The notes under the pieces were generated by a model. It searched no databases. It saw only the letters and a list, made by a program, of their open reading frames with translations, and had not been told where the DNA came from. 64,000 nucleotides of DNA, taken from the NCBI GenBank assembly GCA_965112155.1, contig OZ218107.1; one strand, given 5' to 3'. A program made the position numbers and the translations under genes. The DNA is from Podarcis liolepis (lineage: Eukaryota). Shown one piece after another: positions 13,100-27,190 of the stretch (the stretch's first letter is position 1; the number at the start of each line of letters is the position of its first letter).

Positions 13100-13928
13100 C
13101 CTTCTGAGAGAGACATTAACACAGGGCAGGATTGGCCATTATCTATTTCTTTGTTAGGTCTCCTAACTGGAACATCAATTTACCATATGTTTTCTTGGCT
13201 AGAGTCCACTTCAGCTGTATAAGAAGTTTATTACTGTACTTCTTTACAGTTCTACAATACCCCACAGCACAGATCTGAGCAATACTCATGTGCACAGTAT
13301 TTTAGACAACAGAGAAATAAAATCTGCAAAAGATTTGCAGGTGATGCCTCTCAGTATTATTCAGGGCACAAATTATCCAAGATTCATGAACAACTGAACA
13401 ACTGAGTTGCCCTACTCCTAATGGAACCAGAGGGTGTTCATTGCATTCTGCTAGAAGGTACTAGTGGCAGACTGCATAACTAAGGTATGCAACAAACACC
13501 TTGTTGGTATTCTGCAGAAAACAACTTTCCATTCTTGTTTTCAGTTGCTTTCAACTGGCCAATATAAACCAGACGAAGACTGTTACTTTCAGGCTAGCTG
13601 ACATTCAGGGGAACTTGTATGGTATTACTGATCTTTTTCATGAGCTCTCTATAAGTTGCCAAGAACTCACAATGCCTCCAATGAACACTGGGGAACGGAG
13701 AAGAAACAAAAAGGAATTATGTCATTTCTGGCTTACGGCAAAGGCTCCTAAGAGTGAAACAAGTACAGTACCTATTTATCCCTCTGTGTCAGAGAACTCA
13801 AAGAAAGGGACCTTCTCTTGTTTCATTTCACATTGGGAATTTACAGAAGGTAGAAGCAGAACAAGGCCTGTCACATGCAAAAGACTTAGGAAAAGGCTGG
13901 TAATAGCTACCTCTTAGGAAAAGTAAAT

Positions 13929-14094
13929 GGCGTTTCCGTGCGCTGCTTTGGTTCGCCAGAAGTGGCTTAGTCATGCTGGCCACATGACCCGGAAGCTGTA
14001 CGCTGGCTCCCTCGGCCAGTAAAGCGAGATGAGCGCCGCAACCCCAGAGTCGTCCGTGACTTGACCTAATGGTCAGGGGTCCCTTTACCTTTTA
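13929..14094 (+). mobile_element. Sauria SINE (Squam1), 5'-truncated
   Basis: GGCGTTTCCGTGCGCTGC...GGTCAGGGGTCCCTTTACCTTT tail; degenerate TSD ttaggaaaagtaaa/ttaagaaaactaaa; homologous to 28684-28848. Confidence 0.85.
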
Positions 14095-16946
14095 AGAAAA
14101 CTAAAACTTGTGGACCCCTGGTAATTGAATCTTCTAATATAGCCAGACCATTTAGTATATCAGTGCACAGTTCATTAATGAAATCAAACTGACATTTTGA
14201 CTGCAAAGACTGAATCTATGTGCCTGGATAATTGATCATGTGCCAATTTAATCAGTAAAGACAAGTCAGTCAACAACAAGAGGAAAAGCTACCTTGCTGC
14301 ATGAGCAGCAGACAGTTCAGTTTGCGGGGGGGGGGGGGGGCAGAGTCCACACACCAAGGACATGGGCGTGGAAATATTTTGGGGCAGAGGGCCAATAGTA
14401 GGTGGGGCCAGACCCACATACAGACCCTTAACAGATGCACAAAGCTATATCCAATGGAAACAGAAGCAAATATTTAATTCAAAGTAATTCCACTCGAATT
14501 TCACCTATTTTCTCCACAGACTTTTAAAAGCTTTCCAACACACTTTTATCTGTTGTGACAGAAAAAACAAGAACTACTCAGTAATCCCAGGAGAATGTAA
14601 ACAATTTCAATGTACAGTTGAAATGCAAAGTCCTGCTTTCAAAGCCTCAAGCTTTAAAATTTAACTGCATCCCATAAACTGCATGTTTGCAGTTGCAAAA
14701 ACCACACATGATGTTTTGTGTATTTGCAAATAAACGTCTACCTCTCTGCTTACATTTCCCCTCTCTTCTTGTAGAGGAAGGAGGTGCAACAGTTTGCACA
14801 ACATTAAAGTCTGTTCTCGTCTCAGATGTTCTCTGCTAAATAATGGAGGGATGGAAGGCAGGACTGCCCCTACCACTTGGCAGAGGTGGCTGCCTCAGGC
14901 AGCAGATACTGAGGAAAAGGAGGAAGCTGTGAGGTGCTGGAGAACATAGCTCTCTAGGCCATACAGCCTGCTCTGTGGCCTGAAGGAAGCCCACTGTCCT
15001 CACGTTCACTTTTCATAATGCCAGTGCTGAAGTAAGATTCAGCCATCAGTTGGGTTGGCTTTTTTCCATGGAATAGTGGAGGTGCCATCTTGTCCTTCAT
15101 GTTAAGAAGCAAAATGTTTTGGGCCAGCCCAAAGAAGGAGATCCAGAAGGTTAGATGAAATCCAGCTGCAGCCTGCATCCAGCAAGTGCTTTCCAATCCA
15201 TGGAACTGACCCTTGAGAGCTAATTTTGAATGTTACCAGGGGGATCCCACTACTATCAGAAAGCAGTGTTTCTATTAATGATGAGTAATTGCATTATTTT
15301 GACTATAAATGCTGACGAAGTGGAGAACAGGGAACACTCATAAAACAAAGACTTGGGGCTCTCATGCTGCTGTCCACAAAGGGGTGTTCTTAGCTCCCCA
15401 AAACAGTCAATGTAAACTGCATGCAAATCAAATTGTGGCTCCATGGAGTCTTTACCCTACACCAGCCAACCTAATTAAAGCCTTGGGCTGCAGCTGTTCA
15501 GAAAGGGGTATTCTGAAGCCCCAAATGTCCTCCATGGAGGCCACTCATGAGTCAGGTGGTGGTTCTGTAGAGTTACAGCTTTACGAAACCACCTTCCCCA
15601 TCAGAAACTATTTCCTCCCTCCTCAATGTACTCATTTTACATGCTTCATTCATAGAATTACATAGCTGTGGAGCTGGAAGTAACCCCAAGGGTTGTTTAG
15701 TCCAATCGCAGTTATTCCATTTTCCTAAATAAACAGGGTGTGAAAGGAACCCCATAACTTTGAAACTATGGATTAAGATACCTTTCACAATTAAAAAATG
15801 AGCTATTATGCAAGCAGGGTCTAGGAAATCGGGGTACAGACCTGTCTGCACACTGCAAATTCTACAAAGCAATCGCAACAGAGTTGTGTTGTGTGCTTGT
15901 GCATGAAGTCCTAAGGCAAGGTTCCTGCTAAGGTTCTAGGATAGGGATGTTCCTGGAGCTATGGCTCCCATCATTCCAGATCCCACAGCCCATCAGCTGG
16001 TTGAACTCATATATAAAATGACCCTGAATATTCACTTTTGCTTATATTGTTGGTACACTCATGTTTGGAACTTAGAAAGTCACAAACCTTGCACATCTAA
16101 GAGGAAAAAAGTATAGTAACCAGTTAAGATCTGGAATGTGTCCTTCAGTTATTCCTTGCATTTCTGCCAAGATATTATCCAAAAGCCTCGAAGATATATT
16201 TTTTAAATTATCAGATTAACTGATAGGCTGAAACGTGTTCGCAACTTAGTTCAAAGAAATCCCTAGTCCAAAGCCCTAGGTGGAAAAATCTGTTTATAAT
16301 AAAATTTAGGTTGATCAGATTTACTCTAAAGGATACAAACGGACAACTGATATAGATGGCATAAAACAAGTTAATTAGAGGTGGACTAATTAGCGTGCCT
16401 GGTTTGTGTATCTCATTACATATTCCGCATTGCTTTTAAATAGTGCCATTTATTTTTTGGACTACAGTTCTACCGTCCTACCATTATAGTAGTAATTATA
16501 GTGGGCTCAGAAAATAAAGCTCTAGCAGTTTACTTAAATGAATAATTAGAATGGGTGTAAGGAATGACAGAAATAGGATATAGGAAAGCCAGCATACTCC
16601 CACCTCTCATTAAGTAAGAAACATTTTCAGTGATCCAACAAACAAACAAAAAACAAACAAACCCACAAACCAATCACATGTTTACATGCAAAGACAATTC
16701 TATTTTTTAACGTAATATTCACTTTCGAAGTTCCAAAGCATCCTATTTATTCCAATTACTACAGTATTTAGATTTCAAGAGGTGTCATTTCAGACAGATT
16801 CCAAACTAGTATTTGAAACAAAAGGTTGGCCTTTCACAGCCAAAATTCTAATCAACCACAAAATGTTCACTAATTCTAGGGACAGTCCTTTTAAAATGTA
16901 AAATCATTCTTTTAGATTTTGCCCTTTATCCATGTATTATGAGTTA

Positions 16947-16998
16947 TATCAAACTAAGTCAAACTTATATCAAACTAAGTCAAACTAAGTCAAACTTA
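16947..16998. repeat. Short tandem duplication of TCAAACTAAG units
   Basis: tatcaaactaagtcaaactta tatcaaactaagtcaaactaagtcaaactta seen directly. Confidence 0.7.
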
Positions 16999-17074
16999 GA
17001 GCAGACCCACTGAAATCAATGCACTTAAGTCCATTGGCTTTAATGGATCTAATCCAAGTATGACTAACATTATT

Positions 17075-17290
17075 TATTAATTTATTGCATTTTCTCCAAG
17101 GAGCTCAAGTGTTTACATGGTTTGCCCCCTCCTCATATAACCCCAACAACAACCTTGTGAGGTAGGTTAAGCTGAGAGGGTATAACCGGCCAATGGTCAC
17201 CCACTGAGCTACATGGATGAGAGAGGATTTGAAAACTAGATTTTCCGGTCCTAGTCTGACACTCTAACCACTATACCATACTGGTTCTCA
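17075..17290 (-). mobile_element. Old CORE/MIR- or Squam3-like SINE
   Basis: Reverse complement starts CCAGTATGGTATAGTGGTTAGAGTGTCAGACTAGGA (tRNA-like head) followed by a CORE-like CCTACCTCACAAGGTTGTTG. Confidence 0.6.
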
Positions 17291-18818
17291 ACAATGCATA
17301 TCACCCTGTACTTTCCTTATCTGAACTGTGAGCTAGAGAATTCTGATGCATACAAAATAAATTAAAAAATTGTTCAGTAGCACCTTAGAGACCAACTAAG
17401 TTTGTTCTGGGTATAAGCTTTCATGTGTATGTACACTTATTCAGATATACTGAATGCATAGTTTGGAACTACATGAAGAAACTAGACACAATCCTGCAGT
17501 TTATATTCACTCTCTCCTTCCTTAATACACCACTTACTCCTAGGTTCTTGACAAACAATTGTGGAGACTGACTAACTGGTCTGACACAATTCTCTCGATT
17601 AACACTAGCTCCTGTCAGACAAGAACTCCAACACTTGCAGATTAATTTTTAGCCAGGTAGGGGGCAGCTACCACAACTTGTCTGTTTTCCCCTTACTCCC
17701 TCCACCCCCGGTTGAATAATGTAGTATGAAAAATTATTTGGTTGTCAAAAGTATACAATAATCCTAGATTCAAAATCAAAAGATTAATTCAAATTAAGGA
17801 TGGGCATGAGGGAAAAGATAGCATAAAAAAGAAACAAAAAACCTTACACTAAGTTAGAAAATCTTAAATAACAATTTCAAAGGCACTTGTGAGGAAGCAA
17901 GGATTAGCAGATTTCAAATTTTCATATAAAATAGTTTTCATTTTAACCAAGTGGAATTAGGGGAGGTGGATCTTCCATTCATTGTAGGGACATGTGAGGT
18001 TGGGTACACTTCTAGTAACAAGCTTTTGAATGCAGAGGAGCAGCCAGGGAAATGGGCCACTGGTACCTTTCAACAAACCCTGGAAGGCTGACATAAAAGG
18101 TGAGAGTAGGGAGAAATTTCCAATCTACACCTGGTAGAAAACCACCAAGAGTATTTCCAGCCTGTGTGCATGAGGGATACTTGAAAGGTAATTGCTTTGG
18201 TTACATAAACAAATATATTCAACTGAATATGAATCTAGGCTTTATTCTGAAAATATTTTAAGACCTTGACCTTGTCCTTGTCAAAAGAAACTCCGACTAT
18301 CTTTCAAAGGAAGTCTTTCATTAACTGTCCCCTACACATCTTAACAACATGCAAGGAGTATTTGCAAGATGTACATCTTAGTATTAAAAAATATACCCTG
18401 GGGCAACAAATTTTATAACCAAATTGTGTATTATGAAGAAATACTTCATTAGATATGTGTTGGATCTAATGCCACTGGATTCAAGTGGATTTAACCAAAT
18501 TGAAATGCAGCGAGAAAAGGAATAGTTTCTCTTCAGTTTTTCCATACTGTTTATAATTTTATAAGTCTTAAAATCTAGAGTCTAAATATTCAACCATATG
18601 TCACACAACAGTTTGACAAACTTCCAGGAATATTTGCTGAGTAAGTGTCTAACTATTCCTAGTACCCAATTTCCATGTTACAAAGATATAAATCTTCTGC
18701 TCACTTCCTTACAGAGAACACTCGCAAAGAATCCTAGAATTATACTGGATTGAGCTGGAATAGTGAACTGATGGGAAAGGACTGGATGCTCTCCCCCCAC
18801 TTCACTGTTCTCTTATGC

Positions 18819-18994
18819 CAGCGGTGTCCAAACTTTTTTCAAAGAGGGCCAGATGAGGGCCGACCAAAGAGCCAACCACAGTTGTTGAGCTTTTTTAAGG
18901 ACTGAAGTTGCTGGGCTTTTTTTTTTTATGAGGTTGAAGTCGTTGAGACCGATGGCCTGGATTAGGCCCCCAAGACAGACTCTGGACATGCCTG
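18819..18994. mobile_element. hAT-like MITE
   Basis: Termini CAGCGGTGTCCAAAC ... TCTGGACATGCCTG; TSD not evident. Confidence 0.55.
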
Positions 18995-19204
18995 TTAACA
19001 TAGCTGCAATGTGGATACAAAATCTGAAACAGGAAAATCACTTTTCCATGTTCCATGGTGCTACTTGGAACTGAATATACTGACTCTAGATCAATAGAAT
19101 AATTTGTCTCAAGTTCAAGACTGCCAAGGGAAATTCTCTGAAAAACATTCATTAAAACAATTGTATCTACCCTCCCCTTGCAGAATTCTATTTAGATTAC
19201 TAAC

Positions 19205-19873
19205 CTGGTTTTCTTCCTGTACAACTCGATACTGTTCTTTCCAAATAGTTATTTTGGATGCCTCATCTTTCCTCAGGGCTCTTTCCTTCTTGAGTTCAGG
19301 ACTCCAGAACGTCTTGATACTGTTCATGGAGGAGCTAAGTTTACTTTCTTTCACCTCTACATCCTTGCGTAGTAAATCATTTTCCCGCAACACTTCCTTG
19401 AGCTGCGTCTGCAGGTCCATTATAGTGTTGTCCCTCGCCTGGCGCAGTGAATGAGGCACTGTGGATGCCATGCTGACAGGAGGAAGATGATGCTCTCCAA
19501 ATGCTATAGTATCACTGGCAACCCCACTACTGGCAATGTTGGGGCTGCTGCCCATAGCAGTCATCCTAACACCGTAAGGCAGACGCCCCCCAGATCGTCC
19601 AAGAGTCATGGTGCTTTTAGGCGTGTCTGCACCCACGTTCTCATGGTCACTTAGGTACATAGGGCCCGAAGTGGCATAGGCAGCATTTAAGGATTGGATA
19701 TTTTCCATAGAAAGAGTTTTGCCACTGCCACCCCCAGTACTACTTCCAGAACTGCCACCTGTGCTGTTGGTTCGACGATGGCCCAGCCGTGGCGATCGTG
19801 GCAGCCTTGGTGAACGCCCAGGACTCTGGCTACTTGGCTCAATTTTACCAACTGAACGAGCACTTCCATACAT
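19205..19873 (-). CDS. ERC1: ERC1/ELKS first coding exon (669 coding nt, MYGSARSVGK...VVQEENQ); the exon including 5'UTR spans 19205-20024
   Basis: N-terminus recognisable as ELKS (MYGSARSVGK, KTLSMENIQSLNAAYATSGP, IKTFWSPELKKER); donor CAG|gttagt; acceptor tttctttctcttacag at 20025-20026. Confidence 0.97.
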
Positions 19874-20189
19874 GATTGAATTTATGATACAAGGTAACCA
19901 GGTACGGACGAGTTCCTCTGAAGTTTCTTGACTATAGTTTCTAGTCTACTTAAGGCCGATCACTGTTTATAGTAGGTACAAGCTTTCATTTCTGAAGACA
20001 TAGTTTCTTGGAGCTGATCATCATCTGTAAGAGAAAGAAAGATATTCAGTTTCCATTCTCTAACAAGTGTTGGTTCCTTATTTTCTGTGAAGATTCAAAC
20101 ATGCAAATGGAAAAATGTCTCTCTGGTACTTCTGATTGCCCTTTCTGTTCATGCTCAACAATATGTTCAGGCTTCAAATTATGTGTTTG

Positions 20190-20520
20190 CCCCTTTGCAG
20201 TTGTGTGGTGGAATGTTACAGGGCACCAGCTTATTCCAAGCGCTCTTTAATATCTATATGAAACTTCCGGGAGTGGTCATTAGGAGAATTGGGGCACCAT
20301 GTCATGCCTCAGGAGAGATTGTGACCTGAATGCAATGGTGAGCTGGATGAGGACCAACAAACAGACTGAATCCTGGTGAAGGAGAGAATCGATGGGTGAG
20401 CAGCTCCCAGGTTTGCTGGTTCACCAGTTCTGGACAGAACTGCATCTGTTTCTTCAAAGAAACAGGTGCATAGTTTGGGGGTACTCCCAGATCCTTCTGG
20501 TGGCAAGGAATGCTTATTGG
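20190..20520 (+). mobile_element. Degraded L2-clade LINE reverse-transcriptase fragment
   Basis: Translation QGTSLFQALFNIYMKLPGVVIRRIG resembles the RT motif PQGS.LSP.LFNIYM.PLG..IR. Confidence 0.6.
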
Positions 20521-23239
20521 TATACCAACTATGCCCTTTCCTTACAACAGTTTTTATTTATTTTAAATTTATGACCTGCCCTCCTGCCTAAAGGAGCCCA
20601 TGAACAGTCATAGGCAAAAAGGTTAACATTATCCCTGCTAGTTGAAGGGAAATCTAGTGTTTAATATAACAAGTGGGATGGACTTACTCTTCAGCAGGTC
20701 TATAAAACATAATGCCCAGAATCTTAATAGATTCCCTGGGGTTCCCAATGCAGTCACACCTACCACACTGGTCATTACAACATCATCAAGGCAAGGAAGC
20801 AATGCTCTTAAAAGGGAAAAGGGCTGAGCCACCAATAGTTGCAAGTGCATTCTTTGACATTAGCCTCTCCCTTAAATTAGCAGCCAGGGTAAAAAGATGT
20901 GGGGTGTGCAGTCTGTCTGACAGGCAGAGAAGGGTGTGGAATGGGTGGTAGTTGCTTAAGAAGCAGACATGGGTGACAGACATTTAGGCAAATAGGATGT
21001 AGGGGAAATAAGTTTGGGATACAAGGGGGTTTGGGAGTGCAGGTAGGGCACCCCCCAGTGAATTAAGTTTGATAACTATGGGTCACACGAAGCTATGCAA
21101 TCCCTGATTGTTTGGGCTTCCAATGTGTTGTGCTGGTGCCCTTGATGAGTTAACCAGTAGTGACTGCAAATCCACTTCGGCCCAGCCATGTCTTTACCTG
21201 CCTGACACCTGATGGGGTGGCCTCACTTAAAACACCTCACAAACCAAATAGAGAGGGCTGGTAGGCCTGATTCAGCTCATGGGTTGGAGATCTTCCTATC
21301 CCAATAATAGGACATGGGAAAGTGGTTTAGCTTAGAAAGAGCTAGGAGTCACAAGGTATGCTCTGACTGCAAAAGGACAATTATGTTGGTAAATGGATTT
21401 TGGCAGACAAGATATGGATGAGTGGCATGCTAGAATTGGATGACAAGGGTCTCTATACTGACCCTTTCCACCATCAAAATCAGTTATTTTTCTGTGAAGA
21501 ATTATGTCTGACATTTGTTGAAAGATGGCTGAAAAAGTGTGGAAGAGTTCATCACAAGGTCAGAACATCTGTTGACTGGGAAGAAAGGAATGACACTGAT
21601 TGCATTGTCTCCAGGTACAGACAGACTGACGACTGACTGTTAAACCAATTAATAAGAAAACTACCAGGTATTCAGAATAGTAGTAAAAATTTATCAGTAT
21701 CACAGTGTTCCACTAAAATTGAGAACATCACCAACTTCCTCTGGAAGTTCACCATACTTCCCCAGATTTTGTGTGGTAAAACTCGAGTTGTGCATGCTTT
21801 ATACCAAGGATGTGGGGAGGGGGTAAGCATGTGGGGAAAGAGCAGGAGACCCCAAAAAGCCACATAGGCTCCTACTGTTTCAAGGAATTTAAAAAGGAAA
21901 TTCAGTATTTCCATAATCTATCCTATTTTTAAAATCAGTGGCAAAAAAATAATAATGAATCACATCCTGACAGCAGCAACAAAACGAGTGGTGGGTGCCA
22001 TACCATCTGCCATGATGAAATGGGGGTTGGGTGGGATCCCTAAATATATAATTACATAAGAGAATGAAAAATTATTCCATAGCAAAAAAAGGGAGAGAAA
22101 AAATCTGGGACAACCAATTAGGTCCTCCCATCAGATTTGTAATATAATAGGGATGAAATTTTGATCGCTGCTTAAATGAATTGGCCCAATTCAGTAAAAA
22201 TGACCCATTACAATAGGCAATACAATTCTAAATCTTTTCTTTTAAAAAACCCCAGAAAACCCCACCAAAAACTACACAGCAAGGATATAGACCAGGGAGA
22301 GGTGGGGAAGCCTTTTGGCTCAACAGGCCAGATCTTAATCAGTCCCCATTGCTGCCAAACATCTGTGACAGGTAGGCTGGAATGCGCTCAGTTCAAGCTC
22401 CAATAATCTGCAGTGGCTGGCTACACCTCTGAGTTCCTCATGGGGAACTCAGTGCAACTGACCTAGCTGGCTTGCTCTCACTGCAAATCAGCAATGTCGC
22501 AATTCGAAGGTTTCCAGTCACACACTGGCAGCCACACCTCCACACATTCCTCGCTGGACATCATAGATGAAAGGAGGTAGATGTGGTTTGGGGGAAACAG
22601 CCTCACAAGCCAAACTGGGAACTCTGTTGGGTCAGATTTAGACTCCCATTGCAATTCTTTATCTGCCTGATCAGAATGAAGTCTCAATATCCCATTGAGT
22701 TCAATGGGGCTTACATCCAGATAAGTGTGTAGAAGAATGGGGTCTAAGTTAGTGTTACTGAAATCAATGGGACAAGCTAGTCATGACTTAAGCCCCACTG
22801 AGCCACATCACTTTTACTTTTGTCACCACAGCTATATATTTCAACTGCCATAAAACAAAATAAGAGAGGTCATACCAACTTCTTAAGATCCACAAAACTA
22901 AATTAAAGAAGGGTTTTTTGGTTGTTGTTTTTTAATTCTTCCCTTGGATATATGTTGCAACAACATTTATAGAGTTGCTACATTTTGGTTCACATCATTC
23001 CAGGTCTCCCTACTTTACCAAGTATACACAGTGTTTGGAAGTTACAAGACTGCTACGTAAACTAGCTGAAACATAAGAATCTCTGCCCTCCTAACAATAT
23101 ATTTAAAGATGGAGAAGAAAAACATGGAACTACAGTCAGACATGGAACTGCCAACCCTGACAGAGGTGTTAGGAAGTGAGAGGATACAGTTCCTGCACAG
23201 AAATGCAAGTGTGACCTTTGCAATGCACACCACTTATTT

Positions 23240-23640
23240 AAATTCCAGGGCATGGTAACAGGTCCTTTAAACTGTCCTTCCAAATCCCAGTATCCACAGA
23301 CCATAGAAAACAACTCTGAATGTCAGAACTACAGACGGAGTCACAACATTTTTTAAAAAAAATAAACCACCCTTGTAGTTTCCAAGAGAAAGCAGATTCA
23401 CATGATATACAGTACTCTTCAACGGTTGATATGAGGAAGCAGACGGATTGGCAACCGCCCATGTGCTGATAGATGTTCTACACATAAACTTACCACTGTA
23501 AGACAATGATAGGGACCAAATATATACCTCCAGGTCTCTCTGGTCCTCAGAACTCACAAGGCCATGTCCACTTATGGCTTGTTCTTTGCCCTCCTTTAGA
23601 GTAGCAGAAATGTGACCTGAAACTAGCATAATACCTCTTG
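23240..23640 (-). mobile_element. Degraded CR1 LINE ORF2 fragment
   Basis: Translation SSEDQRDLEVYI resembles the CR1 ERDLGV motif; frameshifted. Confidence 0.4.
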
Positions 23641-26600
23641 CTTGTTACCCCTGACACAAGGCCCTTTGGCTGAAAGAAATCAGCACCCTGCTGTAAGACC
23701 TACAGAGCCATTTTTCCTCAAAGCTTAGCTCATTTTTCCCTGCAAAATAGCTTGACCTTCAATAAATTATCAGATTAAAACATCCCACAAAGCTTTCTAT
23801 TTTCCCTCATGAGAAGAAATCAGAAGCTATCTCACTTGTCTTCCTTCTAAACCTTTACCAAATACTTACTGTATTTACTACTTATAGGAAGCAAAGATAT
23901 TCAGGGACTGTTATGGCTGGGAACTTTTAATGTTTAGAAAGAGACTTGTGGGCAAGTATTGTCTACATGGACTAGCAGTGGCCCCCTAGGATTTCAGATG
24001 GTGATATTGATGGGTGCTGCTGTGGACTGAACCTGGAGCACCACTCTACATGAAAACCAGGTGCTCCACCACTAAGCTACCATCCTATTTAGAGAGGCCT
24101 AGCCCCATTGCACACCCAACAGTTTTGGATTATACATGAGGATCAATTGTGGATAGCACTGGCCTAAGTTACAGAGTTTGTGCAAGGATTAAATCCTCAT
24201 TCCCTCAAAGCGCATCACAAAATAATATCAGTCTTGTGCTCATTATTCAAACGTTCTGTGCACCTCCTGGAGTGGAGCTAGGAACACATTTGCATCAGCT
24301 CTAGATAACATGCCTGCCTTAAATCAGCCTTTGCCAATGTGATGCCCTCCAGATGTTTTCGACAACTCTGGTTGGCCCCAGCCAGCCCAGCTGGTGAAGG
24401 TTGACTTATACTATCCATCAGATGTTAGGTACATGAACTTAGGGCAGCTAATGATGCTTGGAAAATGGATTCTGACTTTCCTAACTCCTGAAACTGGTAT
24501 TTGCTTGCTCTCAGGATGTGCACAAAAATACCATCTTAATTATGCCACTGTCAGCTTGTTCTTAAACACAATCAGGCAAGGCGTATTCAAACTAGACCTG
24601 TCACTTGATTCTTCTTTCCAGAGGCATTCTTGCTTCTTACTCACTATTTAAAAAATGGATTGCTGTGGGTGGAGAAGTCAAGTCTGTGTTGTGTAATGGA
24701 TGAACATGCCTAAAAGCAAAGCACATCCCTGCAAAGCAATAACCAGACAAAAATAACAAAATACCAAAACCAGTACAGGAGAGGCTATCAGTGTGTGTAC
24801 CTTTATCAATTCCTAGCAGATACAAACTGAATGAACAGTATAATACTAATATACCAAAAATCACATTTAGGATGAGGAACACCAATGACATTATGACATA
24901 GGAGGGGGGAAATAAGCCACCCCTCCCTGTACTGACAGAACTCTGTACATGGGTTTCTCTGGCTCGCAAAGTCCAGAATATAACAGTTTTGCCCATTTAT
25001 TATCTTTTTTAAAAAAATTAAATGTGTTTGTTGCTGTAGATGACTTTTTAACACCATGCTATTATTATTTTATTGGATCTTTAATTTTTAAAAATTAACA
25101 CCTCTAATATTTTTTGCACTCTAGACTTCAGCCTCTAGAAATGTTTAGGCACCACAGTGTCTTCTATCATGAATAATCAAAACTAGTAATGTTCTTATGT
25201 TCTCTGCAAGATACAATCAATACAACTTTACAGAAAAATGGATTTGTTGTAAAAATATTTATGGCTTCATCACTCAAAAGCAGGGGTAGGAAATCATATC
25301 AAACCAACAGCTAAAACATTTTGGAATTTAAATTTTAAAATGTTATGTGCTATACAAAAGTAATTTTTTTTGTTCAGCAAACCATTAATAAATCAATAAA
25401 ATATCAAAATGTTGTTTGCCAAAGGAAACACACTATATTTTTTCCCTAAAAACTATTCTAAATAGTTAAGTTATACCAGAGAAGCATGCTATATTGACAA
25501 CATCTAACTCAGATTGTGCAAAATCAAAGTGTTGAAATCTCTTTTGAGATTGCACTGACTGTAATTCTGCTTCATTTTAAAATGGTCCATTTAAAATACT
25601 CAGAAGCAGTTCATGTACAGCACAAAAATGATCTCAAGTGACAAGTTATGCCAAATGCTAGGCAATACTTCTTAAACTGTATTATATGATGATTAGGACA
25701 AACCCTGCAGGCTATACACTTTCCTAACTAAGGGTGAATATTTCTAAATATGTGAAACAGCCACATACTGAGGTAGGTTAATAATTCATCTAGCCAATCT
25801 ATTTTCAATGGCAACAACTCCTATACTTCAAAACAGATCTTTCCCAACCCATCTGAGAATTTTAAAAACAAAACTGAAGAAACTGTACTAGGGATCACCA
25901 ATCCCAACCCCTGCAAGGAAATGCCATCTATTTCTGCTACCTCCACAGCATGAGCCCCATCCCATTATATTTGATGGAATTACCAGAACAAGGCAGAGTT
26001 TCACAATCCAATCAGAGTTAAAGACAAAATGGAATTATGAAAGATAAGCTACTGTTTAAAACTCTTGCTCATCTTATGCACAGGCTCCAGAAAATATTTT
26101 ATTAGTACACCATTCCAGTAAAGGACAAATTTGCCACCATACCAGAGATTTTTGATTTTCAGGTCCTGTATCTAGATGCATTGCATGCCAAATTCCTCAA
26201 GAAGGCTGCTTGCTTGCCATTCTTGCAATGCTTTGAACCATCAGCCCGCTCAAGGAAACAAAAAGCGAGCACCTTGTTACACTAATGGGCTGCCAGCCAC
26301 AGAAAAAGATGATGATCGCATCCACCCCAAGGTTAACAGTTGCTAACATGAGGCAGTGAATAAGAGAGTCGGCTACGAGACTACATGATCCACTGTGCAT
26401 TTATCAAGCCACCTATCGAAGAGTAGCATCAGCTGTCAGGATGTGCAAAAGGGCTGCAGCGCCGGGCGAGAAGCCGCAACAATAGGTGCGCCCATGTCCG
26501 CAAATCCGTTTTGCTATCCTCCCCCTAACAAAAGAAAAAAAATATTTCACTGGCTGTTGCCGACGAGGCTGACAGGTGGGGCTCGTCCACCTCCCCGCCG

Positions 26601-26968
26601 CCGCCTCATACTAACGGGGTGGGGTCGAGGGAGAGGCCACGGTTCTGAGCAAGGCAGGGAGCCTCGGCAGAGCCAGTTTAGGGTGGGGGGCGGGGAAGAG
26701 GAGGCATCCTGGATGGAGCACCTTTTCCCGGAACGTGGATGCCCGGCTCGTGTGGAGGGGACGGGCCTCTCCCTACCGCTTCCGTGGAGCAGCTGATAGG
26801 CCCCGGGTCAAGGGGTGCCAACTATGACCACACGCCCGGCAGAGGCAGGCGGGCAGGCCCCACCCGACCTTCCCCCCTTCCCTCAGCGACACAGACCCTC
26901 GTCGAGACCCTCATCTCGACCACCGTCGGCTTCACCCCACACGCCGCACACAGGCCCAGTTCTCTGAC

Positions 26969-27190
26969 CTGCCTCCGGGTCGGCTGAGAGTCCCTGCCAC
27001 TGTCTGTCAGCTGCTGTGGCGGCGGCGGCACCGAGCAGGCTGGTCTTTCTCCGCCCGCTGCTCCCCTCACGGCTGGCGCTCCGGCTCCTCCTCACCCGAG
27101 CGAGCAGCTCCCCGCCCGCGCCCCCGGCGCGAGGCGAACACCAAGCCCCGCCTCTCCCCTGGCGCGAGCCCTGCCTCCCCTCGCTCTTCG
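26969..27190 (-). other. ERC1: ERC1 non-coding exon 1 (TSS approximate)
   Basis: GCC-repeat-rich leader ending at donor GAGGCAG|gtcaga (GT at 26968-26967) inside the CpG island. Confidence 0.6.

Noticed and set aside
19104-19931. Plus-strand ORFs overlapping the ERC1 first coding exon
   Set aside because: Antisense shadows of a real coding exon, with no independent signals
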